Assembly (NCBI GenBank): GCA_038231455.1
Contig: JBBRLI010000005.1
Location: forward strand, 96,001-160,000
DNA: 64,000 nucleotides
Direction of reading: 5' to 3'
Origin: Vulcanimicrobiales bacterium
GTDB lineage: Bacteria; Vulcanimicrobiota; Vulcanimicrobiia; Vulcanimicrobiales; Vulcanimicrobiaceae
Part shown: piece after piece, positions 16,400 through 26,613 of the stretch
How positions within the stretch are numbered: the stretch's first letter is position 1
Layout of the letters: each line of letters opens with the position of its first letter
Translations under genes and position numbers: made by a program
The notes under the pieces: model-generated
Database searches by the model: none
What the model saw: only the letters and a program-made list of their open reading frames with translations
What the model was told of the DNA's origin: nothing

Positions 16400-19300
16400 T
16401 TACGAGCAGCCGCTCGTGGTGCCGCAGGTGTCGCACTTCAGACACGTGCCGTTGCGCACCAGCGTGAAAAGACCGCATTCTCCGCAGGCATCGCCTGCGT
16501 AGCCTTTAGCAACAGCGACGCGCATTTGTTCGGTGCGCGTTGCGGTAGCCGTGGCAGTGGCGTTTGCACCCGGGTTGTCCGACCAGTTTGAGGAGAGGGC
16601 TTCGAGTTTTTGACCTTCCGTTTTTACGAGGATCGGTTCCGGTGCAACTGGTGTTGCGACTGCTGCGACGGGCGTCGATCCCGGGCGTAGGTGGGGACTC
16701 GTTGGGTGGAGCGTTGCTTGCACGGAGGCTTGCACCACCGGCGTTTGGCGCGTTTCACCGGCGGATTCACCGACGTATTCGGGTTCGGGTCCCATCGCGT
16801 CCACCGACATCCCCGGCTGTACTTGTGCGAGATCGTAGCGGCCAAGATAGCTCACGGCGAGTTCGCGGAAGATATAGTCGATGATGGATGTCGCCATCTT
16901 GATGTTTTCGTGTCCGACGACCGGGCCGTTGGGCTCGAAGCGCGTGAACGTGAAGGCGTCCACGTATTCTTCGAGCGGCACGCCGTGCTGGAGACCGAGC
17001 GACACCGCGATTGCGAAGTTGTTCATCAGCGAGCGGAACGCGGCGCCTTCTTTATGCATGTCGACGAAGATCTCGCCGAGCGTGCCGTCTTGATAGTCGC
17101 CGGTGCGCAGGTAGACTTTGTGTCCGCCGATCGTCGCCTTCTGCGTGTAGCCACCGCGGCGATCCGGCATGCGCCGGCGCTTGGCGATGTAGCGGTAGAC
17201 GATTTTCTCCGCGATCGTGACCGGGGTGAGGTACGGCTGCTGCGCGGCGGCATCATCCGAAAAGTCATCGCCCAGGTCGTAGCTCGAAGCCATCGGCTGC
17301 GAGAGTTTGGATCCGTCGCGATAGAGCGCGACGGCCTTAGTCATGCGCTCCCAGCTATAACGGTAGGCTTCCTTGACGTCGGCGATCGTCGCCGTTTGCG
17401 GAAGGTTGATCGTTTTGCTGATGGCGCCGGAGATGAACGGCTGGGCAGCCGCCATCATGTCGACGTGTGCGAGCGGGCGGATGTAACGCGAACCGTGCTT
17501 GCCGCACGGCGTCGCGCAATCGAAGACCGGCAGATGCTCGTCTTTGAGGAACGGTGAACCCTCGAGCGTCATGCGCCCGCAGATGACATCCGATGCCTCA
17601 TCGATTTGCGTGTTGGTGAAGCCGAGACCATCTTTGAGGATCGAGAACTGCCAGTTGTTCAGCTGATCGTCGGTGAGGCCCAGGGTCGTTTTGCAGAACT
17701 CTTCGCCCAGCACGTACTGGTTGAAGACGAACGACAACTCGAATGCACCCAGGAGCTGCGCTTCGATCTTGTCGAGCGTTGCCTCATCGAAGCCTTTTGC
17801 TTTGAGCGTCGCACGATTGATGTGCGGCGAACCCTCGAGTGTTGCCGTGCCCTTGGCGAATGCTTCGATTGCTGCGATCTGTTCGCTTGTGTAACCGAGT
17901 TTGCGGAGCGCCGGTTCGACCGACTGGTTGACGATCTTGAAGTAGCCGCCGCCGGCGAGCTTCTTGAATTTCACGAGCGCAAAGTCGGGCTCGATGCCCG
18001 TGGTATCGCAGTCCATCACAAGGCCGATCGTTCCGGTCGGAGCGATGACCGTGACTTGTGCGTTGCGGTAGCCAGCGACTTCGCCGACGCTTAGTGCCTG
18101 GTCCCAGAGGTTTTGCGCGAGCGCCCATGTCTCTTGTGTGAAGAGCGTTGGCGTATGCGTGGTCGGAACGATGGTGAGGCCTTCGTACTCATCGTTCGAG
18201 GCAGCGTATGCCGCGCGACGATGATTGCGGATGACGCGTAGCATGTCTTCGCGGTTGTTCGAGTAGCGCGGGAAGGCCCCGAGCTGTTCGGCCAGTTCCG
18301 CTGATGTTGCATACGCGGCGCCCGTCATGAGTGCCGAGATCGCTGCGCACCAGCCGTCGCCTTCGGGCGAATCGTATGGCAGACCGAGGCGCATCAAGAG
18401 CGTGCCGAGGTTTGCGTAGCCGAGGCCTAGCGTGCGGTAATCGTACGAACGCTGGGCAATTGCTTGCGAGGGGAATTGCGCCATCAGGACACTGATCTCA
18501 AGCATCGTCGTCCAGACGCGGCAGGCTTCTGCGAACGTTGCCGCATCGAATCGATCGTCGCTATCGAGGAACTTGACGAGGTTGAGCGATGCAAGATTGC
18601 AGTTGTGTGCAATCAGGCCTTCGGCTACGAGCGAGTGAGTTTCAGGTTCGGTCACGTCATAGACCATTTCGACGCCGTCTTCGACAATCGAAACGACCTT
18701 CGGCGCACGTGGATTTTTTTCAGCGCCGCCAAACGGCTGCGACATTATTTCCGAAGCTTTCTGGGCCTTAGCTTCAGAACACGGAAATCCGATCAATGAG
18801 AAATATTTGCGCGCCTGCATGTTGGAGATATGCAATTGTCCTTGCGGATTCTTACGACCATCGGGTTGGAACCAAGAGATGCGCGAAGTGATACCGACAT
18901 CAGCAAGCAGCAACTGTACCGAGCGCAGCATCGCTGATGAGGAAGAAGCGAGCATGACCTCGTGCGCGACGCCTACTCCTTTGCGAATGCAACCGTCGGC
19001 AGAAAACAGTCCCTGTAAATAGGCAATCTTTAGATCATCGGCAACGTCGTGAATTGCTGCAGGCACGTCCTTGTCAATAGCCGTGCATTGCTTCACGCCG
19101 TAAGTCTTCTCCAGCATCGAGACAACTGATTGCTGCGTCGTCATTACTTGCATGACGCCGTTCTTCTGCGTGAAGAGGGTAGACGTACGGACCGGCAGAG
19201 GCATCATTGAGCCGGTGTCGACTTGGGCTGCCTCAGCTTTAAGTTCGTTGAATCGCTCTTGCATATCAATAGCATTCTTTTGTTCGTGTCCACCGAAAAC

Positions 19301-22261
19301 AAGCGCTATATTCCCCTTAGAGAATACGCCGTCGCCACTCAGCCAGCCAAGCATTTGCCAACGCTTCGTATCTTCGAACGAAGATGAAAAAGCGACGGTA
19401 TTGCCTGACTCACGAATTTCCAACCTGTCCGACCCAGGCAAAATCCGATCTACCCGTTGCCAGCCCCGGTCTTTCGTCAGGAATTTATGGTCGGCAGTGG
19501 CTCGAATTGAACGACCATCTTTCAAGTCAATCTTAAAGACTTGCTTAAGTCCAACTTTTGTGACGGTCGCTTTTCGATGTGCTGTCAGGCGCGCCGTGTC
19601 GTGCTCGCCTTGGATATCGGTTGTTACGAGGACTTGCTTCCCGGTTTGCTGTTCCAGGTACAGTCGTTCGACCGTCCGCATTCCCTCAGGCGTGCTGATT
19701 CGCGTTTCCGGTGCAAAGCACGCGGTATCGTCAAGGAACATGTACTCCGAGCAGTTGTGCACGATCATGCCGTTGGCGATGAAGTGCGACGTATCGGGTT
19801 CCGTGAGGTCGAACACGTCCTCGATGCCTTCATAGAGGAGCGCATCGAACGCATCGGTCATACGATCGGCGTACGTCGAGACGCTCGCATTGAGTGTGCG
19901 CAGAGATGCGTTCTTTGCCGATGCATCGTGGAAGCCGATGAACCGCTCGAAGAGCACGCGCGACGAGCGCGAGATGCGCAGCGAGTGGTACGGAAGTGTT
20001 GCGTATTCTGCGCTACCGCCGTGGCCATCGGGAAGCAGCGACGTCGATGCCGTCTTGCGATTCTCGTAGATCTTGCTCTTGATACCAAAGCCCAGCATGA
20101 GGACTTGGAGCTGGCGCAACAGTTCGATCGAGGTCGAGTCGAGCGAGACGTAGTGCGACTTCTCGCCGTAGTTTGCAACGGTGCCGTCGGCCGTCGCAAA
20201 GCCGCGGATCAGGGCAGCCGTGCTCGCTGCGTTGAGGCCAAATGCCGCATCCGTGAGCCGTTTGCCCTGGCTGCCGGCATCGAGTACCGCGTAGGTTGAG
20301 AGTTCGGCGATCAGCGCTTGCGAGCGTGTCGCGAGCTTTGCGCCGCTCTGCGGTGCGTTGACCGTGACCGGACGGGCGCGGCGTCCGTCGCCGTCGGCGG
20401 TATCGGGCTTGAAGCGGTTGATCGTTGCAGCCGCGTCCTGGACGATCGCGGTTTCTGCATCCGACATCGTGAGCGAAAACGCTCCGTCTGCCGAGACGCA
20501 TCCATCGCCGAGTGCAAGACCGATGAGTTCGGCCATCTTCGGATCGAGCTGCATCGCGCCGAATGGCGATGCGACGAGTTGGATCTGATCGCCATCGACG
20601 AGTTCACTTGCCGGAACGTCGCCGCGGTTTGCCGTGAGCACGCGGTGATCGGCCGTCAGTCGAACCGAGTAGCCGCTCTTCGTGCGCATACGGAAGACGG
20701 GTTTTGTTCCCGTCGGGAAGATGCGGTTGACGAAGTGCAATTCGCCGTCGCTGCCGGTGACGAACGCCGACTTGCCGACGAGTTCGCCGATGCGCTGAGG
20801 ACCATCTGCTGTCGCGATAAGCGTGTCGGCTGTGACGCACGGATTGGATGCGTTGATGCGGCCATCGGAGGGGCACGTGTGCCACTCGTTAATGGTCGTG
20901 TCGAATTGCACGCCGGGGTCGGCGCACTGCCATGCCGAGAGCGCGATTTTCTCCCACAGGTCGGCGGCTTCCATCGTGCGCGCGGGACGGCCGTCGGTAC
21001 GACGGATCAGATCCCACGACTCGTTGTTATCCAGCTTATTGAAGAAGTGGTTCGGAATGCGCACGGAGTTGTTCGAGTTCTGACCCGAGACGGTTCCATA
21101 GGCTTTGGAATCCCAGTTCGTGTCGTACGTCTCGATATCGAGTTCGCGATAGCCCTGTTTTGCAAAGTCGAGCGCGTACTGCACGTTCGCCGGCGGAATG
21201 CCCGCGGTGAGCGCTTCGCGCATCGCTTTCTTCAGGTGCGGATTTAGCGCCGGATCGAGTCGTCCGGCTTCGGGAATGCGTGAATCGTGCGCGGAACCGA
21301 GGATCGCATTGAGATGCTTCTTCGCTGCAATCGAACCAATAACCAGATCCGAGACTTTCTGTTCTTCGCGCACTTTCCAGAGCACGAAGTCTTCGATGTC
21401 CGGATGATCGAGATCGAGGCAAACCATCTTCGCGGCGCGTCGAGTCGTGCCGCCAGATTTAATCGCACCGGCTGCGCGATCGCCAACGCGGAGGAAAGAC
21501 ATCAAGCCGGATGACGTGCCGCCGCCGGAGAGTTTCTCACCATCGCCGCGGATCTGCGAGAAGTTCGATCCGGTACCCGAACCAAATTTAAAGATACGCG
21601 CTTCACGAACCCACAGGTCCATGATCCCGCCTTCGTTCACCAAATCATCGGAGACGGATTGGATAAAGCAAGCATGTGGGGCTGGATGCTCGTAGGCGTT
21701 GACCGAGCGGGTCAGCTCGCCCGACTTCGCATCCACAAAATAGTGGCCTTGAGCGGGGCCTTCGATGCCATACGCCCAGTTGAGACCCGTGTTGAACCAC
21801 TGCGGGGAGTTCGGGGCGCCGATCTGGCGTGCGAGCATGGCGCGCATTTCGTCGTAGAAGATGCCCGCATCGGTTTCCTTATGGAAGTAGCCGTGCTTGA
21901 AGCCCCAATAGGTCCAGGTGCCGGCAAGGCGGCCGAACACTTCGCGCGAGTCGCCCTCAGCGCCGAAATGCTCTTCGCGCGGAATGGCGGCGAGGGCCGC
22001 CTCATCGGCGACCGAGCGCCAAAGCCACTCAGGCAAGCCGGGTTCGGGCACGCGTTTGAGCGCCTTCGGCACGCCGGCCTTGCGGAAATATTTCTGCGCA
22101 AGGACGTCGACGGCGACCTGGCTCCAACCGGCCGGGACCATAACATCTTTGGCTTCAAAAACGACGGAGCCATTCGTATTGACGATCCGCGATGTGCGCG
22201 GCTCAAACGTCACGCCAGCGTACGGGTCTTCGACGGTGGAATAGGTGCGACGGAATTTCAT
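16400..22261 (-). CDS. nrdJ: adenosylcobalamin-dependent class II ribonucleotide reductase, precursor with two inteins (1953 aa, about 1218 aa spliced)
   Basis: [26 protein letters not shown], spliced [43 protein letters not shown]-like region and C-terminal CGEC...CDTC...GCS. Confidence 0.96.
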   Translation of the reverse strand: MKFRRTYSTVEDPYAGVTFEPRTSRIVNTNGSVVFEAKDVMVPAGWSQVAVDVLAQKYFRKAGVPKALKRVPEPGLPEWLWRSVADEAALAAIPREEHFGAEGDSREVFGRLAGTWTYWGFKHGYFHKETDAGIFYDEMRAMLARQIGAPNSPQWFNTGLNWAYGIEGPAQGHYFVDAKSGELTRSVNAYEHPAPHACFIQSVSDDLVNEGGIMDLWVREARIFKFGSGTGSNFSQIRGDGEKLSGGGTSSGLMSFLRVGDRAAGAIKSGGTTRRAAKMVCLDLDHPDIEDFVLWKVREEQKVSDLVIGSIAAKKHLNAILGSAHDSRIPEAGRLDPALNPHLKKAMREALTAGIPPANVQYALDFAKQGYRELDIETYDTNWDSKAYGTVSGQNSNNSVRIPNHFFNKLDNNESWDLIRRTDGRPARTMEAADLWEKIALSAWQCADPGVQFDTTINEWHTCPSDGRINASNPCVTADTLIATADGPQRIGELVGKSAFVTGSDGELHFVNRIFPTGTKPVFRMRTKSGYSVRLTADHRVLTANRGDVPASELVDGDQIQLVASPFGAMQLDPKMAELIGLALGDGCVSADGAFSLTMSDAETAIVQDAAATINRFKPDTADGDGRRARPVTVNAPQSGAKLATRSQALIAELSTYAVLDAGSQGKRLTDAAFGLNAASTAALIRGFATADGTVANYGEKSHYVSLDSTSIELLRQLQVLMLGFGIKSKIYENRKTASTSLLPDGHGGSAEYATLPYHSLRISRSSRVLFERFIGFHDASAKNASLRTLNASVSTYADRMTDAFDALLYEGIEDVFDLTEPDTSHFIANGMIVHNCSEYMFLDDTACFAPETRISTPEGMRTVERLYLEQQTGKQVLVTTDIQGEHDTARLTAHRKATVTKVGLKQVFKIDLKDGRSIRATADHKFLTKDRGWQRVDRILPGSDRLEIRESGNTVAFSSSFEDTKRWQMLGWLSGDGVFSKGNIALVFGGHEQKNAIDMQERFNELKAEAAQVDTGSMMPLPVRTSTLFTQKNGVMQVMTTQQSVVSMLEKTYGVKQCTAIDKDVPAAIHDVADDLKIAYLQGLFSADGCIRKGVGVAHEVMLASSSSAMLRSVQLLLADVGITSRISWFQPDGRKNPQGQLHISNMQARKYFSLIGFPCSEAKAQKASEIMSQPFGGAEKNPRAPKVVSIVEDGVEMVYDVTEPETHSLVAEGLIAHNCNLASLNLVKFLDSDDRFDAATFAEACRVWTTMLEISVLMAQFPSQAIAQRSYDYRTLGLGYANLGTLLMRLGLPYDSPEGDGWCAAISALMTGAAYATSAELAEQLGAFPRYSNNREDMLRVIRNHRRAAYAASNDEYEGLTIVPTTHTPTLFTQETWALAQNLWDQALSVGEVAGYRNAQVTVIAPTGTIGLVMDCDTTGIEPDFALVKFKKLAGGGYFKIVNQSVEPALRKLGYTSEQIAAIEAFAKGTATLEGSPHINRATLKAKGFDEATLDKIEAQLLGAFELSFVFNQYVLGEEFCKTTLGLTDDQLNNWQFSILKDGLGFTNTQIDEASDVICGRMTLEGSPFLKDEHLPVFDCATPCGKHGSRYIRPLAHVDMMAAAQPFISGAISKTINLPQTATIADVKEAYRYSWERMTKAVALYRDGSKLSQPMASSYDLGDDFSDDAAAQQPYLTPVTIAEKIVYRYIAKRRRMPDRRGGYTQKATIGGHKVYLRTGDYQDGTLGEIFVDMHKEGAAFRSLMNNFAIAVSLGLQHGVPLEEYVDAFTFTRFEPNGPVVGHENIKMATSIIDYIFRELAVSYLGRYDLAQVQPGMSVDAMGPEPEYVGESAGETRQTPVVQASVQATLHPTSPHLRPGSTPVAAVATPVAPEPILVKTEGQKLEALSSNWSDNPGANATATATATRTEQMRVAVAKGYAGDACGECGLFTLVRNGTCLKCDTCGTTSGCS
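18602..19720 (-). mobile_element. intein 2 in NrdJ with LAGLIDADG homing endonuclease (373 aa)
   Basis: Starts [13 protein letters not shown]; block [18 protein letters not shown] and [10 protein letters not shown]; ends [22 protein letters not shown]. Confidence 0.95.
19754..20839 (-). mobile_element. intein 1 in NrdJ with LAGLIDADG homing endonuclease (362 aa)
   Basis: Starts [13 protein letters not shown]; block [18 protein letters not shown] and [10 protein letters not shown]; ends [22 protein letters not shown]. Confidence 0.95.
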
Positions 22262-22339
22262 GCTGCCTCCAGGCCTGCTTTTTCGGAGGACGACGAATCG
22301 AACACCTGTTCGATACAGGTGGCCCGATTCGCGCCGTGC

Positions 22340-22387
22340 GTACTAGATATTGTACCTCGTGTAGAATTCGAATACAAGATATCGTTG
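22340..22387 (-). promoter_or_regulatory. tandem NrdR boxes
   Basis: GTACTAGATATTGTAC (22340-22355) and ATACAAGATATCGTTG (22372-22387) match acaCwAtATaTwGtgt; 32 bp apart, upstream of nrdJ. Confidence 0.8.
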
Positions 22388-22508
22388 TCACGTCCCTTGG
22401 GGACACACTAGGCCAAGTGGTGCATATCGAGAGATTCCCGTGCATAAGCCGGTGGACGCGCGTCTGCCCGTACGAACGGACTGTGGAGAATTCCGAGGAT
22501 AGCGGGGA

Positions 22509-23015
22509 TTGGGGGGCGCACAGCGCGGGGTGTTCGCTCCCGACGCCCACTCCCACACGATCGTCGACGTTTCCCTCGCTGGCCTGTGGGAGCGCGGCTT
22601 TCGAGGCCTTATCGTCGACCTCGATAACACGGTCGTCGGCTACCACGAATCGCATTTGATTCCGGGCGTGCGCGACTGGGTCGCCGAGGCGCGCGAGCGT
22701 GGATTTGCCGTCGTTTTGCTTTCGAACAACTTTCCCGAACGCGTCGCTGCGATCGGCGCGAAACTCAACGTTCCGACCGTTCCGAATGCCCTGAAGCCCT
22801 TGCCACCGAGTTTTTTGCGTGCGCTGAGGATTCTGGGCACCCCGCGTTCGCAGACCGTCGTCATCGGCGATCAACTCTTTACCGATGTCTTGGGCGCGAA
22901 GCTCATGGGCATGCATGCCGTTCTGACCGAACCGATCGTCGCAAGCGATTTTCCGCTCACGCGGGTCCTGCGCTTGCTGGAACGTGTGTTCTTTTCGCGA
23001 AAGCCGCGCGTATGA
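22509..23015 (+). CDS. yqeG: YqeG family HAD IIIA phosphatase
   Basis: GLIVDLDNT, LSNN, ALKP, IGDQLFTDVLG. Confidence 0.9.
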   Translation: MGGAQRGVFAPDAHSHTIVDVSLAGLWERGFRGLIVDLDNTVVGYHESHLIPGVRDWVAEARERGFAVVLLSNNFPERVAAIGAKLNVPTVPNALKPLPPSFLRALRILGTPRSQTVVIGDQLFTDVLGAKLMGMHAVLTEPIVASDFPLTRVLRLLERVFFSRKPRV

Positions 23016-23686
23016 CGATTCGGGCAGTCATCTTCGACCTGTACGGCACGCTTCTCGATATCGAGAAGCTTGCCGACCGCGTAGCACGGTATGTCGATCC
23101 GCCGCACGCGTTCGTCACGGCGTGGCGGCAAAAGCAAATCGAATACGCGTTCACCACCTCGCTTGCCGGCCGCTACGACGATTTCGATCATCTGACCCAG
23201 CGAGCACTCGACTTCGTCGCGGAGACATTTCATCTGAAACTCGAGGATGCAGCCAAGACGGATCTGATGGCCGGATGGCTCGAGCTCCCACCGCATGCCG
23301 ATTCCGCAGCCGCGCTCGATGCCGTCGCGGCGCTGGCATATCCGCGCCTGGTGCTCACCAACGGCGTTCAAGCATCCGCGCAGCGTGCACTCGTCGCCGG
23401 GAAACTCGATTCGCGCATCGATGAGGTGCTTTCCGTTAGCGCGCATCGCGTTTACAAACCAGCACCCGAAGCCTATCGCGTCGCGACCGAACACCTGGGG
23501 TGTAAAGCGGCTGACATCGTGTTCGTCTCATCGAATGGTTGGGATGCGGCGGGTGCAGGGTCCTTTGGTTTTCGCGTCGTTTGGTGCAATCGGAAAGGCG
23601 CTCCGCGGGAGCGAATCGGTGCAGCACCGATCGCCGAGATCCGTTCGCTTGTTGAACTACGTCCGGTACTGGAGCGACTCGCATGA
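23012..23686 (+). CDS. haloacid dehalogenase type II family protein
   Basis: FDLYGTL, WRQKQIEY, LTNG, YKP, FVSSNGWDA. Confidence 0.88.
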   Translation: MTIRAVIFDLYGTLLDIEKLADRVARYVDPPHAFVTAWRQKQIEYAFTTSLAGRYDDFDHLTQRALDFVAETFHLKLEDAAKTDLMAGWLELPPHADSAAALDAVAALAYPRLVLTNGVQASAQRALVAGKLDSRIDEVLSVSAHRVYKPAPEAYRVATEHLGCKAADIVFVSSNGWDAAGAGSFGFRVVWCNRKGAPRERIGAAPIAEIRSLVELRPVLERLA

Positions 23687-24342
23687 ATATCGTCGCCGTC
23701 GTCTTCGATCTCTACGGAACCCTCATCGACATCGAATCGCTTGCCGGGCGCGTCTCGAAAATTACGAAAACGCCCGAGCAATTCGTCCAACTTTGGCGCG
23801 ATCGGCAATTGGCGCTTGCATTCGCGACGAGTAATGACGTTGCGTACGCGGATTTCGACGAACTAACTGCGCGTGCTCTCGATGAAACGGTCGCACGATT
23901 GCAGATCACCATCGGCGGCAACGCGCGCGCGGAACTCCTTGCCGGTTGGACGGACGCGACGTTTTACGCCGACGTCGTGCCGACGGTTCTTGCGATACGC
24001 GAGCGCGGCTATCAGACAGCCGTACTGACCAACGGAACGGCACGTTCGGCGCGCTTGGCTCTCACGAATGCGGGGTTGATAACCGAACTCGATGCCGTAT
24101 TGACTGCCGATACCGTCCACCGTTACAAACCGGAAGCTGCGGTGTACCGCATGGCTCTCGAGCATTTCCACTGCGAGGCCGACGAGATTCTCTTCGTTTC
24201 ATCGAACGACTGGGATGCATCGGGGGCGGCACGCATCGGATTTCGGTCGATCTGGTGCAATCGCGGCGCAGCGAATTCACGCCGGCCCGAACGCACGATT
24301 ACCAAACTCGACGAGTTACTTACGATCCTCGATACGGAATGA
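23683..24342 (+). CDS. haloacid dehalogenase type II family protein (tandem paralog)
   Basis: FDLYGTL, WRDRQ, LTNG, YKP, FVSSNDWDA. Confidence 0.88.
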   Translation: MNIVAVVFDLYGTLIDIESLAGRVSKITKTPEQFVQLWRDRQLALAFATSNDVAYADFDELTARALDETVARLQITIGGNARAELLAGWTDATFYADVVPTVLAIRERGYQTAVLTNGTARSARLALTNAGLITELDAVLTADTVHRYKPEAAVYRMALEHFHCEADEILFVSSNDWDASGAARIGFRSIWCNRGAANSRRPERTITKLDELLTILDTE

Positions 24343-25088
24343 AGCTCGGCGTCATCGGCGATCCGATCGCGCATAGCCAGAGCCCCGCGCTGCATCGCGA
24401 GTTTCTCACGCAGGCGGGGATCGAAGGCAGCTACGATGCGATTCTTGTTGAGGCGGGCAACGTGCCGATGGCGATTCGTCTCGTCCGGGAAATCGGGTAT
24501 CTGGGGCTCAACGTCACCACGCCGCTAAAAGAAGAAGCCTACGCAGTATGCACGGAGCTGGATGACCGTGCGCGAGCGGCCGAGGCCGTCAACACGCTGA
24601 CGTTTCTTCGCGACCGGGTGATCGGGAGAACGACCGACGGTATCGGCGCTTGCGATGCGATCGCCAAAGTGGTACCGCATCTCGATCGAGCCTCGATCGC
24701 CGTTCTCGGCGCGGGGCCAACCGCCCGCGCCATCATCGATGAAGCAAAACGTCGCGGCGCGAAGGTCGCGCTTTGGAATCGAACCGAATCGCGAGCCGTT
24801 GCGTTACGCGCGAAATTTGCGGTCGACGCGGTAGATTTTGAGCAGACGTACGACGCGGTGTTCTCGACGTTGCCGCCCGATGCGGAGCTGTGCGATGAAC
24901 TCATTCATATGCTGACCCGGTCCTCTCTTGTGATCGATGCGAACTACGGCAACCGCGCGACGTTAGCGAAGGCGATCCGACGCGCCGACGTCGTCGACGG
25001 CATCGATATGCTGATCGCGCAGGCGCGCGCTTCGTTTGCGATCTGGCAGCGTGCGGCGGAGACCGCAGCGACCGCCGCCGATCCGTAA
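24339..25088 (+). CDS. aroE: shikimate dehydrogenase
   Basis: MKLGVIGDPIAHSQSP, GLNVTTPLK, AVNT, TDG, LGAG; ATGA overlap at 24339. Confidence 0.9.
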   Translation: MKLGVIGDPIAHSQSPALHREFLTQAGIEGSYDAILVEAGNVPMAIRLVREIGYLGLNVTTPLKEEAYAVCTELDDRARAAEAVNTLTFLRDRVIGRTTDGIGACDAIAKVVPHLDRASIAVLGAGPTARAIIDEAKRRGAKVALWNRTESRAVALRAKFAVDAVDFEQTYDAVFSTLPPDAELCDELIHMLTRSSLVIDANYGNRATLAKAIRRADVVDGIDMLIAQARASFAIWQRAAETAATAADP

Positions 25089-25216
25089 GCCTGGGGCTGT
25101 GCCAAGGCGATGACCGTGCCCAGCGTGCGTGCCACGACGATCGCCCACGCGAAGCGTGTGCCGAAGGTCGAGAGATGTGCCGCTGCTGTTGCGATCATAA
25201 GCCAATGGTAGCGAGC

Positions 25217-25349
25217 CGTCAGTCGCCAGTCTTGAAGCGACGATGAAGGGCTCCTTAGAGTCAGATGAAGCCGTGTGCGTGGCCTCACACGCCGCCAAAA
25301 AGCGACTGCCTCGCCGGACCCTTCGCCACGCGCTTCAACTGATCTGACT
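25217..25349. ncRNA. candidate structured intergenic RNA/DNA element, family unassigned
   Basis: Nested stems AGTCAGAT/ATCTGACT, GAAGC/GCTTC, GCGTGGC/GCCACGC, plus a crossing pair GAAGGG(C)TCC/GGACCCTTC. Confidence 0.35.
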
Positions 25350-25356
25350 AACCCAA

Positions 25357-26034
25357 TTAAGCTGCGTTCGTTCGTGTATCTTCGTATTGCAACAATGCCT
25401 TCAGTTGCGCTGTGGCCATGAGGACATCTTCGCCAGAGAGGCTCTCGGCGAAGCGGCGAAACCACGGGGCGGTTTGCGCGCCGCGTCCATAGCGCTGCGC
25501 TAGCCAGAGAGCTGCCACGAGCACGGCCACGCCGCACGCAACATTTGCGAGGAGCCACGCGAGCCCAAAGGCCGCGATTGGTTCGATATGGAGCATTCCG
25601 CGCAGCCCGACTACTGCCAAGGCTGGCCACATCAGCGGCGCTAGCGTGAGCGTCCACATTGCGGTTCGGGCCCGTAAGAGTTTCAATCGTTCGACCTTTT
25701 GCGCAATCGCTATGACTGGCTCTTCGAAATTGACTGCCGCGGCGGCAAGTTGCGCCACGGTCGATGCCAGGATCGCTATCGCATAGCTATCAAGAAGAAC
25801 GCTTGCGAGAAAGACCGGAAGTTCACGCGCGTGATCTGCTGAAAACGCCCCAAGTAAGACCACAACGATGCTATTCATCAATATTTCTAGCTGCAGCGTG
25901 CGGCGGAGCCGATCGAGCACTGTTTGCGTGACGCCGAGCGAAGAGCGTCGCAGTATCAGTGTGTTGCTTTGCACCATTTCGTCAAGCCGCGCGTCATATC
26001 GCCGCCACACGGCGGTCACATCATCATTTTCCAT
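25357..26034 (-). CDS. membrane protein, probable anti-sigma partner
   Basis: ATG 26034 after AAGGAGA, overlapping the sigma gene; N-terminal W-containing helix and four hydrophobic segments. Confidence 0.75.
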   Translation of the reverse strand: MENDDVTAVWRRYDARLDEMVQSNTLILRRSSLGVTQTVLDRLRRTLQLEILMNSIVVVLLGAFSADHARELPVFLASVLLDSYAIAILASTVAQLAAAAVNFEEPVIAIAQKVERLKLLRARTAMWTLTLAPLMWPALAVVGLRGMLHIEPIAAFGLAWLLANVACGVAVLVAALWLAQRYGRGAQTAPWFRRFAESLSGEDVLMATAQLKALLQYEDTRTNAA

Positions 26035-26560
26035 CCGTCTCTCCTTGTGAAGCGTTTCGATTCGTTGTGAGAGCGACTCGCGCTCGTGCTCTAAGTCGTC
26101 CGATTTTCGTCGCGACATTTGTTTCGGTGAGCCCGAGAACCGCGGCGATACTTCGGTGATCGTACTCATCGAGGTAGAGCAACATAAGGGCTTTGTCCAT
26201 GTCCCCGAGGCCCGCGATAAAATCGTTGAGCCGATCCACGCGATCATCAGGCTCGGAGTCGCGTTCGTATGATTGGCGCGCAATTGACTCGGCGCGCTCG
26301 GTACGCTCGGCCCGGCGATACTCCGTGCGGTAGAACGAAACGGCGACATTGAGGGCGATCCGGTACATCCACGTCGAGAAACGACGTGCTTCATCGAAGC
26401 CGGCGAACGATTTCCAAAGTGCGCCGGTGATCTCGGCGGTGAGATCTTCCCGGTCGACTGCCGTGCGACCGTACGCTCCTGCGATCTTATGAAGGATCTT
26501 CTGGTTCTGCGTCAGCCGTACGAGAAATGTTTCCTGATCGTTCATCCGTTCTTGGTCCAC
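26024..26560 (-). CDS. ECF RNA polymerase sigma-70 factor
   Basis: DREDL...LWKSF, FSTWMYRIALN, LMLLYLDEY...IAAVLGLTETNVATKIGR. Confidence 0.9.
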   Translation of the reverse strand: MDQERMNDQETFLVRLTQNQKILHKIAGAYGRTAVDREDLTAEITGALWKSFAGFDEARRFSTWMYRIALNVAVSFYRTEYRRAERTERAESIARQSYERDSEPDDRVDRLNDFIAGLGDMDKALMLLYLDEYDHRSIAAVLGLTETNVATKIGRLRARARVALTTNRNASQGETDGK

Positions 26561-26613
26561 GCCTCATGATTCGCTCGAAGCAGGCGAAAAATCACATGCC
26601 CCGGCTTGTCTCG

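Noticed and set aside
16530-16570. ATATATAT low-complexity peptide in NrdJ as a repeat element
   Set aside because: Short Ala/Thr linker with degenerate codons; ordinary disordered region.
22262-22508. Cobalamin riboswitch, or a third NrdR box, upstream of nrdJ
   Set aside because: No recognisable B12 box; ACACTAGGCCAAGTGG at 22405 matches only the box edges.
24944-25298. Minus-strand ORFs overlapping the aroE 3' end
   Set aside because: Long antisense overlap with aroE, no motifs and no well-placed start.
25267-25336. Group II intron domain V (AGCCGTGTGCG) or SRP RNA helix 8
   Set aside because: The complementary ACGGTT arm of domain V and the CAGG-TCC-GGAA-GGA-AGCAG SRP motif are both missing.
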